Below the pieces are notes generated by a model. That model saw nothing but the letters and a program-made list of their open reading frames with translations, did not search any database and was not told the DNA's origin. This document shows positions 12,680 through 25,950 of a DNA stretch of 64,000 bases, in pieces. Made by a program: the position numbers and the translations under genes. Source of the DNA: Paraspadella gotoi (Eukaryota; Animalia; Chaetognatha); contig CM119263.1 of assembly GCA_051294375.1 (NCBI GenBank), positions 4,900,374-4,964,373 on the forward strand. Direction: 5' to 3'. Position 1 is the first letter of the stretch. Each line of letters begins with the position of its first letter.

Positions 12680-13535
12680 AAGCAGAAATCTTTCTGTTTT
12701 TATTTAAAATCCCAAAACGACAGAAAAAATGGATCTTTGTCGCAACTGCAAGCTTAATGGCTCTCTCTCTATCTCTCCTCTCTCTCTCACAGTCTCTGAC
12801 TTCTCTGACTCTGCTGAAATCAAATTGAATGTCAGGCACTTTAACCTAATCATAGAGAGAGAATCTGAAAAATAAAGCGAAAGAAAGAGAAAGAAAGAAA
12901 GAAGAAAGAAAGAAAGAAAGAAAAGAAAGAAGAAAGAAAGAAAGAAAGAAAGAAAAGAAAGAAAGAAAGAAAGAAAGAATAGAAAGAAAAAATATTATAT
13001 TAGAATCTGTTGCACCAAAAGTCAGAGACCTGTGTCAGAGCATCGAGACTTTCAGACGAAAATCTATACTTATATCATTACTAGTTAACAATTAGAGGAC
13101 GAGATGATGACGAGATGAAGACGGACGATGGGTAAAGACGACGAGGACGACGACGACGACGACGAAGACAACCTTTTAAATGGTTTTGTTTAGAAATGAT
13201 AAAATAAATATTTGGCTATGATTCTGTTGAAAAAAAAAAATGTAAATACGTGAAAGCGATTTTCTTTGTCCCATAGTTACTGCGAGATTTCTCAGTGGCT
13301 TCTTTTGTCGAACTCTCTCTCTCTCTTCTTCTCTCTCTCTCTCTCTTCTCGTCTCTCTCTCTCCTCTTCTCTCTCTCTCACTCTCTCTCTCTCTCTATCA
13401 CATTTTCCTCCTTTTTTTTTGTCGCTTTCCTATCGAATTGCTCTCCTCTCTCCCCATTTTTCTTTTTGATGTCATTTTTGTCAGGAACACGATCGGAATT
13501 CCTACGCGCGAGGAAACGAGAGATAGAGGCATTGA

Positions 13536-13604
<69 letters not shown>

Positions 13605-13926
13605 GGAGAGAGAGAGAGCGCCAAATGGCAGGCTGAATTCCTAACTGGTACGAAATGGTGCCATTGGTGCCATTGGGTGGCGCAAGAATGAGACGCAACC
13701 ACAAAACTTTAGGCGGGCGGCATCACATGCTCCCCCCCCGACCCATTTACCAACTTTGTCACTCTTACGACGGCTTATCCACGCAACCTTGCCTACACTT
13801 GCCACAGCCATCCACCATCTTGACCCATCCTCCCTTCTCATTTTCCCTATCTCTTCCTTTTGGTGAGTTCAGTCAGTCAGTAGAGCCGGGAGATCGCAAC
13901 CGACTATGCATTGCACAGTAGGTGGA

Positions 13927-16900
13927 CGACGGTTCCTTTTTTTACAATCGATTTAATCGGCATGGGTGCACACACATGAGATTGTCCTCGGGATACGTTT
14001 CCGGGACCTTTGGCTACAACAAAAAAAGGTGAATATCAAATTTTTCCTTAAATGACAGTTTTTTTTTTTAATAAATTAATATTAAAATTAGCTTATATGA
14101 AAATCAATAAGTAGATAAAAAATTTAAAAATGGTTTAAATTTTTTTTTAAAATGAAAACTATCTGCACAGTCCATAATCTATGAAACAATTTTTCTTTCG
14201 TTTGAGTACAATAACATTATTCTATCTTTAATAGTTTATTTGTAATTATTTTTCTTTATAAAATATTATTTTAATTTTTTTTCAAATAAATTTAAATAAA
14301 AAAAAATTATTAACTAATGCCAATGATTGAAGAAAATTATATTATAAGGGACTTTTACCTACCTAATATAGTCTTCAAATACATATATAGTAAGTTATTA
14401 CTGATGATGTTTTGACATAGAAAATAAATAAATTATAAATTAAATATATGAAAAAATTTAACTTTGAATTTTTTTTTTAAGGCAATAATAACATAATTAA
14501 TAATTAATTGTTCATTGATGCTTTAAAATAGCTAATAGTTCAGTTGTATCACATTCTCAATTATAATAATTGGGAATAACTTCTTTTTATTTTTAGTAAT
14601 ACGGACTGCTATATTTACTTATACTTTTGACAAAAATCAAAAAATACTGGGTATTAAAAATATGTATGAAACAGAAAAAACGAAAAACTTTTTTTTAAAA
14701 ATCACATGCTTATTTTAATATGTTTGAACAATTATATAAATATTATACTTGGACAATAAAATTTAAAAAGTTTAAACAATCCAAATAAGAACATTTTTTA
14801 AGGTTGTCAAATTATAATATTTGATATTGCGGTAAGGCTGCTTTGGTAGGTTTTAACTTTAATTCAGTAGCATCTCTTAATATGACGAAAACAGTATATT
14901 TAAAAGTTTTTTTATTTGGATGGGCATCAAAGTTCTAATACATATTAAGCATCAGTATATTTGTTAAGTAATAGTAGATTCCTCTAATAATTTTTTTTAA
15001 TTTTTGAAACTGTTTTACCTTTTTTTTCTATAGATTTTTTTGAACCATCAAAACGTTTTTTGATTACGCGAATAGAGAATGTAAAAATTAAAATAAAATA
15101 GTACCAATAGTTACGAGTTCTACCTGTCTGAATAGATGAAAAAAACTTGTTTAAAAATTTGATCGGGACGTGGGGTTAACTAAGGCTACGCAACGGTGTC
15201 TCCATGCTGATCGTTCCCATCAATTAATTTTTTTAATTTAATCATTTGAAAGGAAAAAAATAAAATCAGAATGCAGCGGTGCATAAGGGTAAGAGAAAAT
15301 CTGTACATAGTGACATGATAATAATGACCTTTTATGTCTTGGCGTAATGGGGGCAGTAAAGAAAACCTTAAAAAATGCAATCATTAACGCAGTCAATGAA
15401 CCTTTTCGCGAAGTTTTTTTTCTTAATTAATGGAATGATAAATAATAGAATTAAATTCCTTTATAAGGTTGTTATATTTAAAAGAAAATTTAGCAATACA
15501 ATTAAACACAATGAAATGTCTTGCTTTGTCAAATATGTCAGCAGTTAAGTAATTTTTAAAATTTTATTACTGATAAACAAGCAGTATATCAAGCTTTTTC
15601 TTTGCGTTGAAGATAATAAAAAATGATTATTTTTTTTTTCACAGACAAGAAGGTAGAAAGTCCAGACTGTTTTATATCAAGCTGAAAACATTTATTATTT
15701 AATCATTTTTTCATATTTAAAAAAACATTTTATCAAGCTACTACAAAATTTTTTGCTTGTTTTTTTACTTTAACTGAAAAATCAAGCAAATTTATAAAGT
15801 AGATGAAATTTAATGTAATTAAAATGTAATTGACCTATCCTCGTTTCAATTTAACAAAAGAAAAACAAAAAATTTATATGCTTCATTGAAATTTGTAATG
15901 CAAAAAACTGTTATAACTTTTAACTCGGTATTTAAATAAAAACTGTGTAAAGATTATGGATAAAATTTAACAAAACTGTTCTAGAAATGTGTCCCATGAT
16001 TAAGGGCTTTAATTTGATACCACACCCACCTTGCTCCTCTTTTTTTTTCAAAAGATATTCAAGAAAATAACTTTTTTATTACTCTTTTTTGCATCTTGCA
16101 GTTTTTTTTAAACAACTAACTTTTGGCCTAAAATGTACTAGTTGGGATTGTTTAAAAACTTTTTTAAATTTTGTTCCAAGGATAATTAATTCACGCACAA
16201 AATTAAATAGCATCTGATATTTAAAAAAAAGTTTTTGTCTGTTTCATACATAATTTTTATATCAGTAATTTTTAGATTTTGTCAAAAGTAAGTAAATATA
16301 GCAGTCAGTATTACTAAAAATAAAAGAAAGTTATCAATATTATTATAATTGAAAAAGATACAACTGACACAGTAGCTTATTAAAAGCATCATGAACAATT
16401 AATTAAGAAATTATTTTATTGCTGGCTAAAAAAACATCAAAGTTAAAAAATTTTTTGCATATATTTTAATTAATTTAATTTATATTATTTTTAAATCAAA
16501 ACATCATGCATAATAAACTTAGCTATATATGTATTTGAAGGCCTATATTAGGTAGGTAAGTCCCTTATATATAAAATTTTTCTTCAATCATTTGGCATGT
16601 TTATAATTTTTTAAATTTAAATTTTGAAAAAAAAATTAAAAATAATAATTTTTAATGAGAAAAATTAATTAGAAATAAACTATTAAGATAGAATAATTGT
16701 TTAGGACTCAATACGAAAGAAAATTGTTCATAGATTATGGGTGATGCATGATATTTTCATTTTTAAAATATTTAAACCATTTTAATTTTTTTTTATTTCT
16801 ACTTTATTGATTTTATATAGCTAATTTTAATATTAATTTATAAAAAACCTGTCATTAGGAAAATTGAATTACCCTTTTTTTTGTGTACCCAAAGGTCCGG

Positions 16901-16968
16901 AAAACGTATCCGGGACATCTCATTCTGTGCACTCCATGCCGGATTAAATCGATGTAAAAAGGAACGTG
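13927..16968. mobile_element. 3.04-kb non-autonomous DNA transposon with ~850-bp TIRs and a 4-bp TSD (Chapaev/CMC-like ends)
   Basis: Filled site aggTGGA[cgacggttcctttt...aaaaaggaacgtg]TGGAgtgatg versus empty site aggTGGAgtgatg at 7296-7308. 13927-~14803 is the imperfect reverse complement of ~16125-16968. No transposase ORF is visible. Confidence 0.85.
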
Positions 16969-17597
16969 TGGAGTGATGAAAAGAATTGAGTGATTGAACA
17001 TTATTTTTTTTGCTGCCTATGGACATAATAATTAATGAATTTAAATCCTTTTTAAAATTTTTTTTAGCATAACAGTATAAAGCAAATTCAATTATTTATG
17101 TAGTAATATCCTTATAAAATAGTCAAATTTCAAAAATATTTTTTTTATTTTTAAGAATTGATTGATTCGCTTTAAAACTAAGAAACTTTTTTATAAAATA
17201 TGTTATATGATATTTTGAATGTTAGACCCACAAAAAATGAATAAAACGTTTTAAACATATATAAGTTTCTTACTACAGAGAATAAAAAAGTCAGGAATTT
17301 TCACCTTTTTTCTTATTTTAAACATTGAAGATGACAGAATTTTTGATAACATGTTTTAATATTTTTGATTCAACTTTTTTATGAAGAATCTGAATCTTTA
17401 ATGAAATTTATAAAATTATTTTAAATTTACTATCTATAAGGATTTATACAAATATATTATATTTTACTATTCTGTTCCGAGATAATATGAAAAAATATTT
17501 TTTGTACTAGTTAATTCATACCATCTCACATCTAAATATGCATTTGTTCGATTCATTCAAATAAATTTTTTTGTTTTGAGTGCCTCCACTCTAATTG
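16969..17597. mobile_element. Foldback MITE copy interrupted by the 3-kb element (its first ~11 bp lie at 13916-13926)
   Basis: Matches 7299-7921. Confidence 0.6.
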
Positions 17598-18768
17598 CAA
17601 CAGTGGGTATTGTGGTTTAGTATGGTGGAGAACTGTAATGATCGGTTGGTTTACAGAGCTTTGGATAAAAAGGTTTGATGTTAGCTGGAACGCAGAAGAG
17701 GGTGGCAGGTGAGGGAAAGCTTGTCGAATGCTTTGTTATTTGAGGCTGTTATTGTTATTGTTGTGTTTATTAAAAACTGAATGATTTGACGAATGACAGG
17801 AGAGAGAGAGAGAGAGAGAGATGAGAGAGGAGAGACTGTTTTCCTTGCTCAAGAAGGCTTCCCCTCTATCTATGGACAAAATCAAAGTCATGAGGGGCTT
17901 TCAGATTCGCTTGCGAGGGGAGGGGGAAAGTGTGGGGTGTGGTGGGCTGGGTNNNNNNNNNNNNNNNNNNNNNNNNNGGGTGAGGTGGGCTGAGGTGGTG
18001 TGAGGTGGGCTGAGGTGGATAGGAAGTTGGGTTCGGTTGGCAGACAATGGAATGGAGATGGGAGCGATGGCGGAATCTCAGGGCTGGACGTGAAAGACTA
18101 CAAAGGCAGAGAGTTGGCATCAAGAGACGAAATTAAGAGTGAGTGGAGTGGCTTAAAGATTGGCTTTGAATTTGGTCGGGGAAGGCTGTAGTGAGCGGTG
18201 GTGAGGGGTGGTCAGTTTTGTTGGGTGAGTGGTGAGCGGTGAAGGGTGAAGGGTGAGAGGATTACTGTGAGGAAGATGAGAAGCTGAAGCCGAAGAATGA
18301 ACTTCAAATCCAGACTTTTTTTTTTTGTATGATCGATATTTCAAATCAAAACTGCAACAAGATATTTTGTTTCCGGAAGTTTATCCTGCATCACATTCGG
18401 TTCTAAATCCTGTTTTGTATCCGGTTTAAATTCAGGCTTATGTTTCGTCTTAACCGACAACCAGCGCATCCATCACAGGCTTTATCACAACCTATGACAT
18501 GTCAACCTGTGACAGCACAGCCCGTGCCATCCGTATATTTCTTTCACCAACACTTTTCCTATCTTAAGTTTGGCCCGAATTGGCAGCCCGCGTGAAATTA
18601 GAGACGAGTAAGAGAGAGAGGGAGAGAGAGATAGGGGGGGGGAATATTCCCGCGGGTGAACCCACTTTTCTATACTTAATTTTCGACTTTTTCGGCTTTC
18701 ACCTCTTTCTTTTTCTGTCTCCCTCTCTATCTGCCCCCTCCCCTATTTTCTCTCCTCCTTTCTCCCAC

Positions 18769-18867
<99 letters not shown>

Positions 18868-19527
18868 CTTAACCGCGAAATAGTTGCGGTGTGAAATTGA
18901 AATTTGATGTGAATGACTTTTCGTTCGGTCGGAGAAATAAATGGGATATGAGCTGCTCTATCCCTCTCCCCTAACCAACACCAGTTTTAGGATAGTCCGC
19001 CCAACCATCCTTCACCCCAACCTTAAACCCCAACCGTCCCTTGTTAATCCCCAACCGGCCCCTCTCTTTGCTCTTAGCTTAAGGCTGTTGGCCGAGTATT
19101 ATTTTCCACTTTTCTTTTCATTTTATTTTCCACTCTTTTTAACTTCTTTCTTTCTTTCTCTTTTTTTTTTTTTTGTTCTTTCTTTCTTCCTTTTCACTTC
19201 TTTTTTCTTTTCACTTTTCTTTTTCCTTCTTTCCTCCCTTTTTTCATTTTTTTTTATTCTTCCCTATCTTTTTTCGTTTATATTTCGTTCTTCCCTTTAT
19301 TTCATTCTTTCTTTCCTCTTTTCTTCTTTCTTTCTTCTCTTTTTCTGCTTTCTTTCTTTCCTCTATATTATTTCTTCCTTTTTTTCTTTTTTTCTTTTCC
19401 TTCTTTCTTTCTACCTCATTTTTTAATTCCACCTTTTTTCATTTTTTCTCCTTTCCTTATTTTTCCTTTTTTCTCCTTTCCTTCCTTTTTTCTTTTTTCT
19501 TCTTTTCTCCATTTTTCTTTTTATCTC

Positions 19528-19780
19528 CTTTCCTCCATTTTTATATCAAAGAATCAATTTTCAATCTCCCAACATTTTTTTCATCATTAGTTCTTCTTCT
19601 TCTTTCTTCTTTCCTCCATTTTTCCTTTTTCTTCCTTTCCTCCATTTTTTCTTTTCTTTCTTTCCTCCCTTTTTTCTTTTTTCTCCTTTTCTCCCTTTTT
19701 CCTTTTATCTCCTTTCCTCCCTTTTTTATATCAAAGAATCAATTTTCAATCTCCCAACATTTTTTTCGTCATTAGTTCTT
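19528..19780 (+). repeat. Local direct repeat (~60-bp motif, ~185-bp period); the first T-run is the empty HINE site
   Basis: ttttatatcaaagaatcaattttcaatctcccaacattttttt...tcattagttct occurs at ~19538 and ~19724. Confidence 0.8.
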
Positions 19781-20113
19781 CACATTTTTTTTAAGTAAGA
19801 TTTTTTGTCCTTCAAAATGTGAATGAGTTTGATTTGCATAAAGATGAAAATCGGAAAGTGAGGTGAGGGTGAATCTCACTGGGCGGTGTCTCTTTGTGAA
19901 TCTCAAAGTTCGTGATTCACATTTCACGTCGAGAGAGAGAGACGATTGGAATCGGGTTTTTTTTGTTTGGGGAAAAGGGTTTAGTTAATAAAAATATTAT
20001 AGTTACTTACCTTTTTTTGTGACGGAAGAATGAACGGAGAAATGAAAAGGGAAAAGAAGAAAAGTAATTAATTAATATTTTTTATTATATATTTTACTTT
20101 GAAACTGAGGACA

Positions 20114-20211
<98 letters not shown>

Positions 20212-20841
20212 TCTCTCCATTCTCTTACTGCGTTATTCCCATATTTCGGATTCAATGGGATTTTTTTTTAAACTGGCGGGAAATATTACTACAGAGAGAT
20301 GACATGTGAGACAGAGAAACAGAGAGAGAAGAGACAATCTCTGTCCTTCCATTCGAAAGGCCGAATATTTTTATTCGTCCGTCGTCGTCGTCTCGTCATC
20401 GCCATCATCTTCGTCGTCCTCATCGTCGTGGTCGCCCCGCCTCAATAAAGATCACATATTCACGCCCCGACTCACGTCGATGACTAATGAACTTCACTCC
20501 TTCCAAGATTCTGTCCACTTTCTTTTCTCAAAGGGAGAAGGGTCTTTTTTGAACGACGACGACGACGACGACGACCGACGACCGACGGACGACGATCGAC
20601 GATCCTACAGATGCGTCCACTCAAACGTTTAACGCCGCCTTTCGCCTGCATCGGCCCGTCTGTTCACAGGCTGCAATCAACCTTCTGCGTCTTTGTCGTT
20701 CGTTTTCCACTCAAATTGTCTTTCCCGATGCGCTGATTTTTCTTTCTCTTTGTTTCCTTTCCTCTCTCTCTCTCTTTCTCTATCTCTCTCTGTTCTCTCT
20801 CCCTCTCTCTATCACTCTCTCTCTCTCTATTTGTCACTACT

Positions 20842-20878
<37 letters not shown>

Positions 20879-21417
20879 CTCTCTCCCTCCCCGCGAAATG
20901 ATGTCCAACAGATACAGAAATTGACAAAAAGAAATAAGAATGAAGAATCAAGGCCAAAGAGAGGAGAGATAGTTTTCTTTATCAATCCAAAACGCGGAGG
21001 GAAGAGAGAAAGAGGGCGGAGAAGGGGAGGAATGAGTAGAGAGACGCTTTATGACAGGATGCTCGGGAGGAGGAGGAGGAGAGGAGAGAGGGATGAGGAG
21101 ACACGGATATCCAGAGGTGAAATGAGTTAGGGTCGTGCGATGATTGAAAGGTTTTTTGGAAGGAGAGAAAAGAGATGAGGAAGGAGAAAGAAGAAGAAAT
21201 GGGAAATATTAATGAATTTTAAAGAATAGAGGGTGAACTAGACAATAGAAAAAGAAAAGAAGTAATGTGAGAAGGAGAAAAAAAACAAAGGATAAAATGC
21301 AGAAATAGAATTATGATATGAAAATCCGAATGAAGGCGGCGAGGCGGCCATCTTGATTTTTTTTAACTCTGGACCGAAAGGGATTGTTACGATAGGAAAA
21401 ACAAACATAAAACACCG

Positions 21418-21510
<93 letters not shown>

Positions 21511-21850
21511 AGAGAGAGAGAGTGAGAGAGAATTTTGATGAATGTGAGACGAATAAGTTTCCATCACACTGTCTCTCTTGGAGTCGCGTGGCGGAGAGAG
21601 AAGGGAACAGATAATACAAAGGGAAGAATGGAAAGTAAGGTTAAAAAAAAAGGAAAGATGGTAAAAGATTGGAAATAAAGTTAAAAAGGAAAGAAAAGTA
21701 AGAAGCCTATAGGAAAGAAAAAAAGATATGAAATTTGGTTTCGTTTTTCGTCCTATCTTATTCAAAACTCATTCAACTTGAATCTTGAACATGGATGCTC
21801 TTACATGACAACTGTGATAATGATANNNNNNNNNNNNNNNNNNNNNNNNN

Positions 21851-22044
21851 CTTTCGCTGATTGGAACGAAATAAAATTAATTAATAATTAATTTATTTCT
21901 TTATTTATTTCTTTATTTCTTTATTATTTTATTATTATTATTTATTTATTTATTTATTTTATTTATTTATTTATTTACTTTATTTATGTTATTTATTACC
22001 GCTAATGATCGTGGCTGATCCGACATTGTTTGCTCAAACTTGTT
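21851..22044 (+). mobile_element. HINE family 1, 3' part (5' part lost in the N-gap)
   Basis: (TTTA)n then ttaccgctaatgatcgtggctgatccgacattgtttgctcaaacttgtt. Confidence 0.75.
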
Positions 22045-22117
22045 AAGCAGAAATCTTCTGTTTTTATTAAAACCCCAAAACGACAGAAAAAATGGATCTT
22101 TGTCGGAACTGCAGCTT

Positions 22118-22150
<33 letters not shown>

Positions 22151-22258
22151 ACATCTCTGACTTCTCTGACTCTCTGAAATCAAATTGAATGTCAGGCACT
22201 TTAACCTAATCATAGAGAGAGAATCTGAAAAATAAAGCGAAAGAAAGAAAGAAAGAAA

Positions 22259-22294
<36 letters not shown>

Positions 22295-22881
22295 AAAGAA
22301 AGAAAGAAAAGAAAGAAGAAGAAAAGAAAGAAAGAAAGAATAAAAAAGAATAAAAGAAAAAATATTATATTAGAATCTGTTGACCCAAAAGTCAGAGACC
22401 TGTGTCAGAGCATCGACTTTCAGACGAAAATCTATACTTATATCATTACTAGTTAACAATTAGAGGACGAGATGATGACGACGATGAAGACGACGATGGT
22501 AGAGACGACGAGGACGACGACGACGACGACGAAGACACCTTTAAATGGTTTTGTTTAGAAAATGAATAAAATAAATATTTATATATATCTGTTGAAAAAA
22601 AAAAATGTAAATACGTGAAAGCGATTTCTTTGTCCCATAGTTACTCGAGATTCTCAGTGCTTCTTTTGTCGAACTCTCTCTCTCTCTCTCTCATCTCTCT
22701 CTTCTCTCTCTCTCTCTCCTCATCTCTCTCTCTCTCTCGTCTTCTCCTATCACATTTTCTCTCCTTTTTTGTCGCTTTCCTATCGAATTGCTCTCTCTCC
22801 CCATTTTCTTCTTTTGATGTCATTTTGTCAGGAAAACACGATCGGAATTCATCGCGGGGAAACGAGAGATAGAGGCATTGA

Positions 22882-22928
<47 letters not shown>

Positions 22929-23264
22929 GAGAGAGAGAGGAGAGGAAGAGCGAGAGAGGCAGAGAGAGAGAGAGCGCCAAATGGCAGGCTGAATTCCTAA
23001 CTGGTACCAAATGGTGCCATCGGCCATTGGGTGCGGCAAGAATGAGCGACCAACAAAAACTTTAGGCGGGCGCATCACATGCTCCCCCCCCGACCCATTT
23101 ACCACTTGTCACTCTTACCACCCTTATCCACCAACCTTCCTACACTTGCCACCCGCCATCCACCATCTTGACCCATCCTCCCTTCTCATTTTCCCTATCC
23201 TATCTTCCTTTTGGTGAGTCAGTCAGTCAGTGAGCCGGGAGATCGCAACCGACTATGCATTGCA

Positions 23265-23902
23265 CAGTAGCGTGAAGTGATGATAAACAGATTGACGTGA
23301 TAACATTTTTTTTCTTGCTGCCTCATGGGAATATAATTAATGGAATTTTAGAATTCCTTTTAAAATTTTTTTTAGCATAACAGTATAGCAAATTCAATTA
23401 TTTATGAGTAATGATCTTTATAAAATCGCAAATTTCGAAAATATTTTTTTTTATTTTAGAATGATTGGATTCGCCTTTAAAAAGCTAAGAAATTTTATAA
23501 AAAGTTTATATATTGAATGTTAGACCACAAAAAATGAATAAAACGTTTTAACAATCATATAACAGTTTCTACTAGCAGAGAATAAAAAAGTCAGGATTTT
23601 CACCTTTTTTTATTTTAAACAATTGAAGATGACAAGAAATTTTTGATAACATGTTTTATATTTTGATTCAACTTTTTATGAAGAATCTGAATCTGTTAAT
23701 AAAAGTTTTATAAAAATTATTTTTAAAATTTACTATCTTAATAAGGATTACTACAAATATTATATATTTTACATCTGTCTCCCGAGATAAATGAAAAAAA
23801 TATCTTTCTTATACTAGTAATCATACCAATCTCACATCCTAAATATCATTGTCGCTGATCATTCAAATAATTTTTTTGTTCTTGAGTGCGTCCACTCTAT
23901 TG
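23265..23902. mobile_element. Foldback MITE copy 3 (uninterrupted)
   Basis: Matches 7292-7921. Confidence 0.55.
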
Positions 23903-24108
23903 CACAGTGGGTATTGGTGCTTAGTATGGTGGAGAAACTGTAATGATCGGTTGGTTATCAGAGCTTTGATAAAAAAGGTTGTATTTAGCTGAGAACCAAA
24001 GAGGGTGCAGTGAGGGAATAGCTTGTCGAAGTTTGTTATTGGAGCCTGTTATTCGTTATTGTTTTGTTATTAAAAAACCTGAATGATTTGAACGAATGAC
24101 AGATGAGA

Positions 24109-24148
<40 letters not shown>

Positions 24149-25950
24149 AGAAGAGAGAGAGAGAGAGAGACTTTTTGCTCCCAAAGCGGCTTCCTCATTA
24201 TCTAATGGGATCGAAATCAAGTTCATGGGAGAGCTTGCAGATCGCTGCGAGGGGAGGGAAGTGTCGGAAGGGGGTGAGGCTGGGTGAGGGTGGCTGCTGG
24301 GGTCGGTGTGAGGGTGGTGCGCCTAGGTGGATCAGGAAGTTGGTTCGGTTTGCAGAGCAATGAGAATGGAGATGCGTGCGATGGCGGAATCTCAGGGCTG
24401 CGACTGAGAAACTACAAAGGCAGAGACGTTGGCATCAAAGACGGAAATTAAGAGGTGAGTGAGTTGGCTGTGAATAGATTGGCTTTGAATTGGCGGGGAA
24501 GGCTGTAGTGAGTCGGGTGGTGAGGGGTGGTTCAGTTTTGTTGGTGGTGTGAAGCGTGAAGGGGTGAAGGTGCTGAGAGTTACTGTCAGCAAGGAGATGA
24601 GAACGCTGAAGGCCGAAGAATGAACCTTCAAATCCAGACTTTTTTTTTTTTGCTATGAATCGATATTTCAATCAAAAACTGCCAAGCAAGATATTTACTG
24701 TTTCCGAAGTTTATCTGCAGTCACATCTCGGTTCTAAATCATGTCTTTTGTCATGCCGGTTTAAATTCAGGGCTTATGTTCTTCGTCTTAACGACAACCA
24801 GGCGCATTTCCATCAAGGCCTTTATCACAACCTAAACATTAACCTGCTGACAGCACAGCCCCGTCAGCCATCGCGTAAGTATTTCTCTTCAACCAACACT
24901 TTTCCTATCTTAAGTTTCGCGCCCGAATTGGCAAGCCCGGCGTGAAAATTAGAGACGAGTAAGAGAGAGAGGGAGAGAGCATGATAGGGGCGGGGAATAT
25001 TCCCGGGTGAACCACTTTTCTATACTTAAATTTCGACTTTTTTCGGCGCTTTGCACCTCTTTCTTTTTCATGTCTGCCTCTCTATCTGGCCCCCGTCCCG
25101 CTATTTTCTCTCGCTCCTTCTCCCATATCTCTCTCATCTACTCGTCGATCTTCTTGCCATCTCTCTCTCTCTCTCTCTCCTCTCTTCTCTCTCTCTCTCT
25201 CTCTCTCGTCTCTCTCCTTAATCCGCGAAATAGTTGCGGGTTGAAATTGAAATTGATGTGAATGCACTTTTCGTTCGGTCGGAGAAATAAATGGGATATG
25301 AGCTTGCTCTATGCCCTCTCCCCTAACCAACAACCATTTTAGGAATTAGTCCGCGCCACCATCCTTCACCCCAACCTTAAAACCCCAACCGTCCCTTGTA
25401 ATCCCGCAACCGGCCCCTCTCTTTGCTCTAGCTTAAGGCTGTTTGGCCGTAGTATTATTTTCCACTTTTCTTTTCATTTTATTTTCCAACGCTTTTTAAC
25501 TTCTTCTTTCTTCTCTTTTTTTTTTTTCTGTTTCTTTCTTTCTCTTTTCACTTCTTTTTTCTTTTCGAACTTTCTTCTTTTCCTTCTTGTCCTCTTCTTT
25601 TTTCATTTTTTTTTCATTCCGCTATGCTTTTTTCGTTTATATTTTCGGTCTCTTCCCTTTATATTTCATTCTTTCTTGTCCTCTGTTTCTTCTTTCTTTC
25701 TTGCTCTTTCTGCTGTGTCTTCTTTTGCCTTATAGTTATTCTCCTTTTTTCTTTGTTTGTCTTTCCTTCTTTCTTCTAGCCTCATTGTTTAATCCACACT
25801 TTTTTCATTTTTCTCCTTTCCTTATTTTCCTTTTTTCTTCCATTTCCTTCCTTTTTTTGCATTTTTTCTTCTTTTCCCATTTTCTTTTGTGATCTCCTTT
25901 CCTCCATTTTTATATCATAAGAATCATTTTCAACATCTCCAACATTTTTT

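Larger units (their letters stand above)
8086..21825. repeat. Duplicated block, copy 2 (carries the 3-kb TIR element; lacks 1720-3320 and the long HINE)
   Basis: Collinear with 1-8085 and with 21851-31095. Differences are mostly 1-2 bp indels plus large presence/absence segments. Confidence 0.9.
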
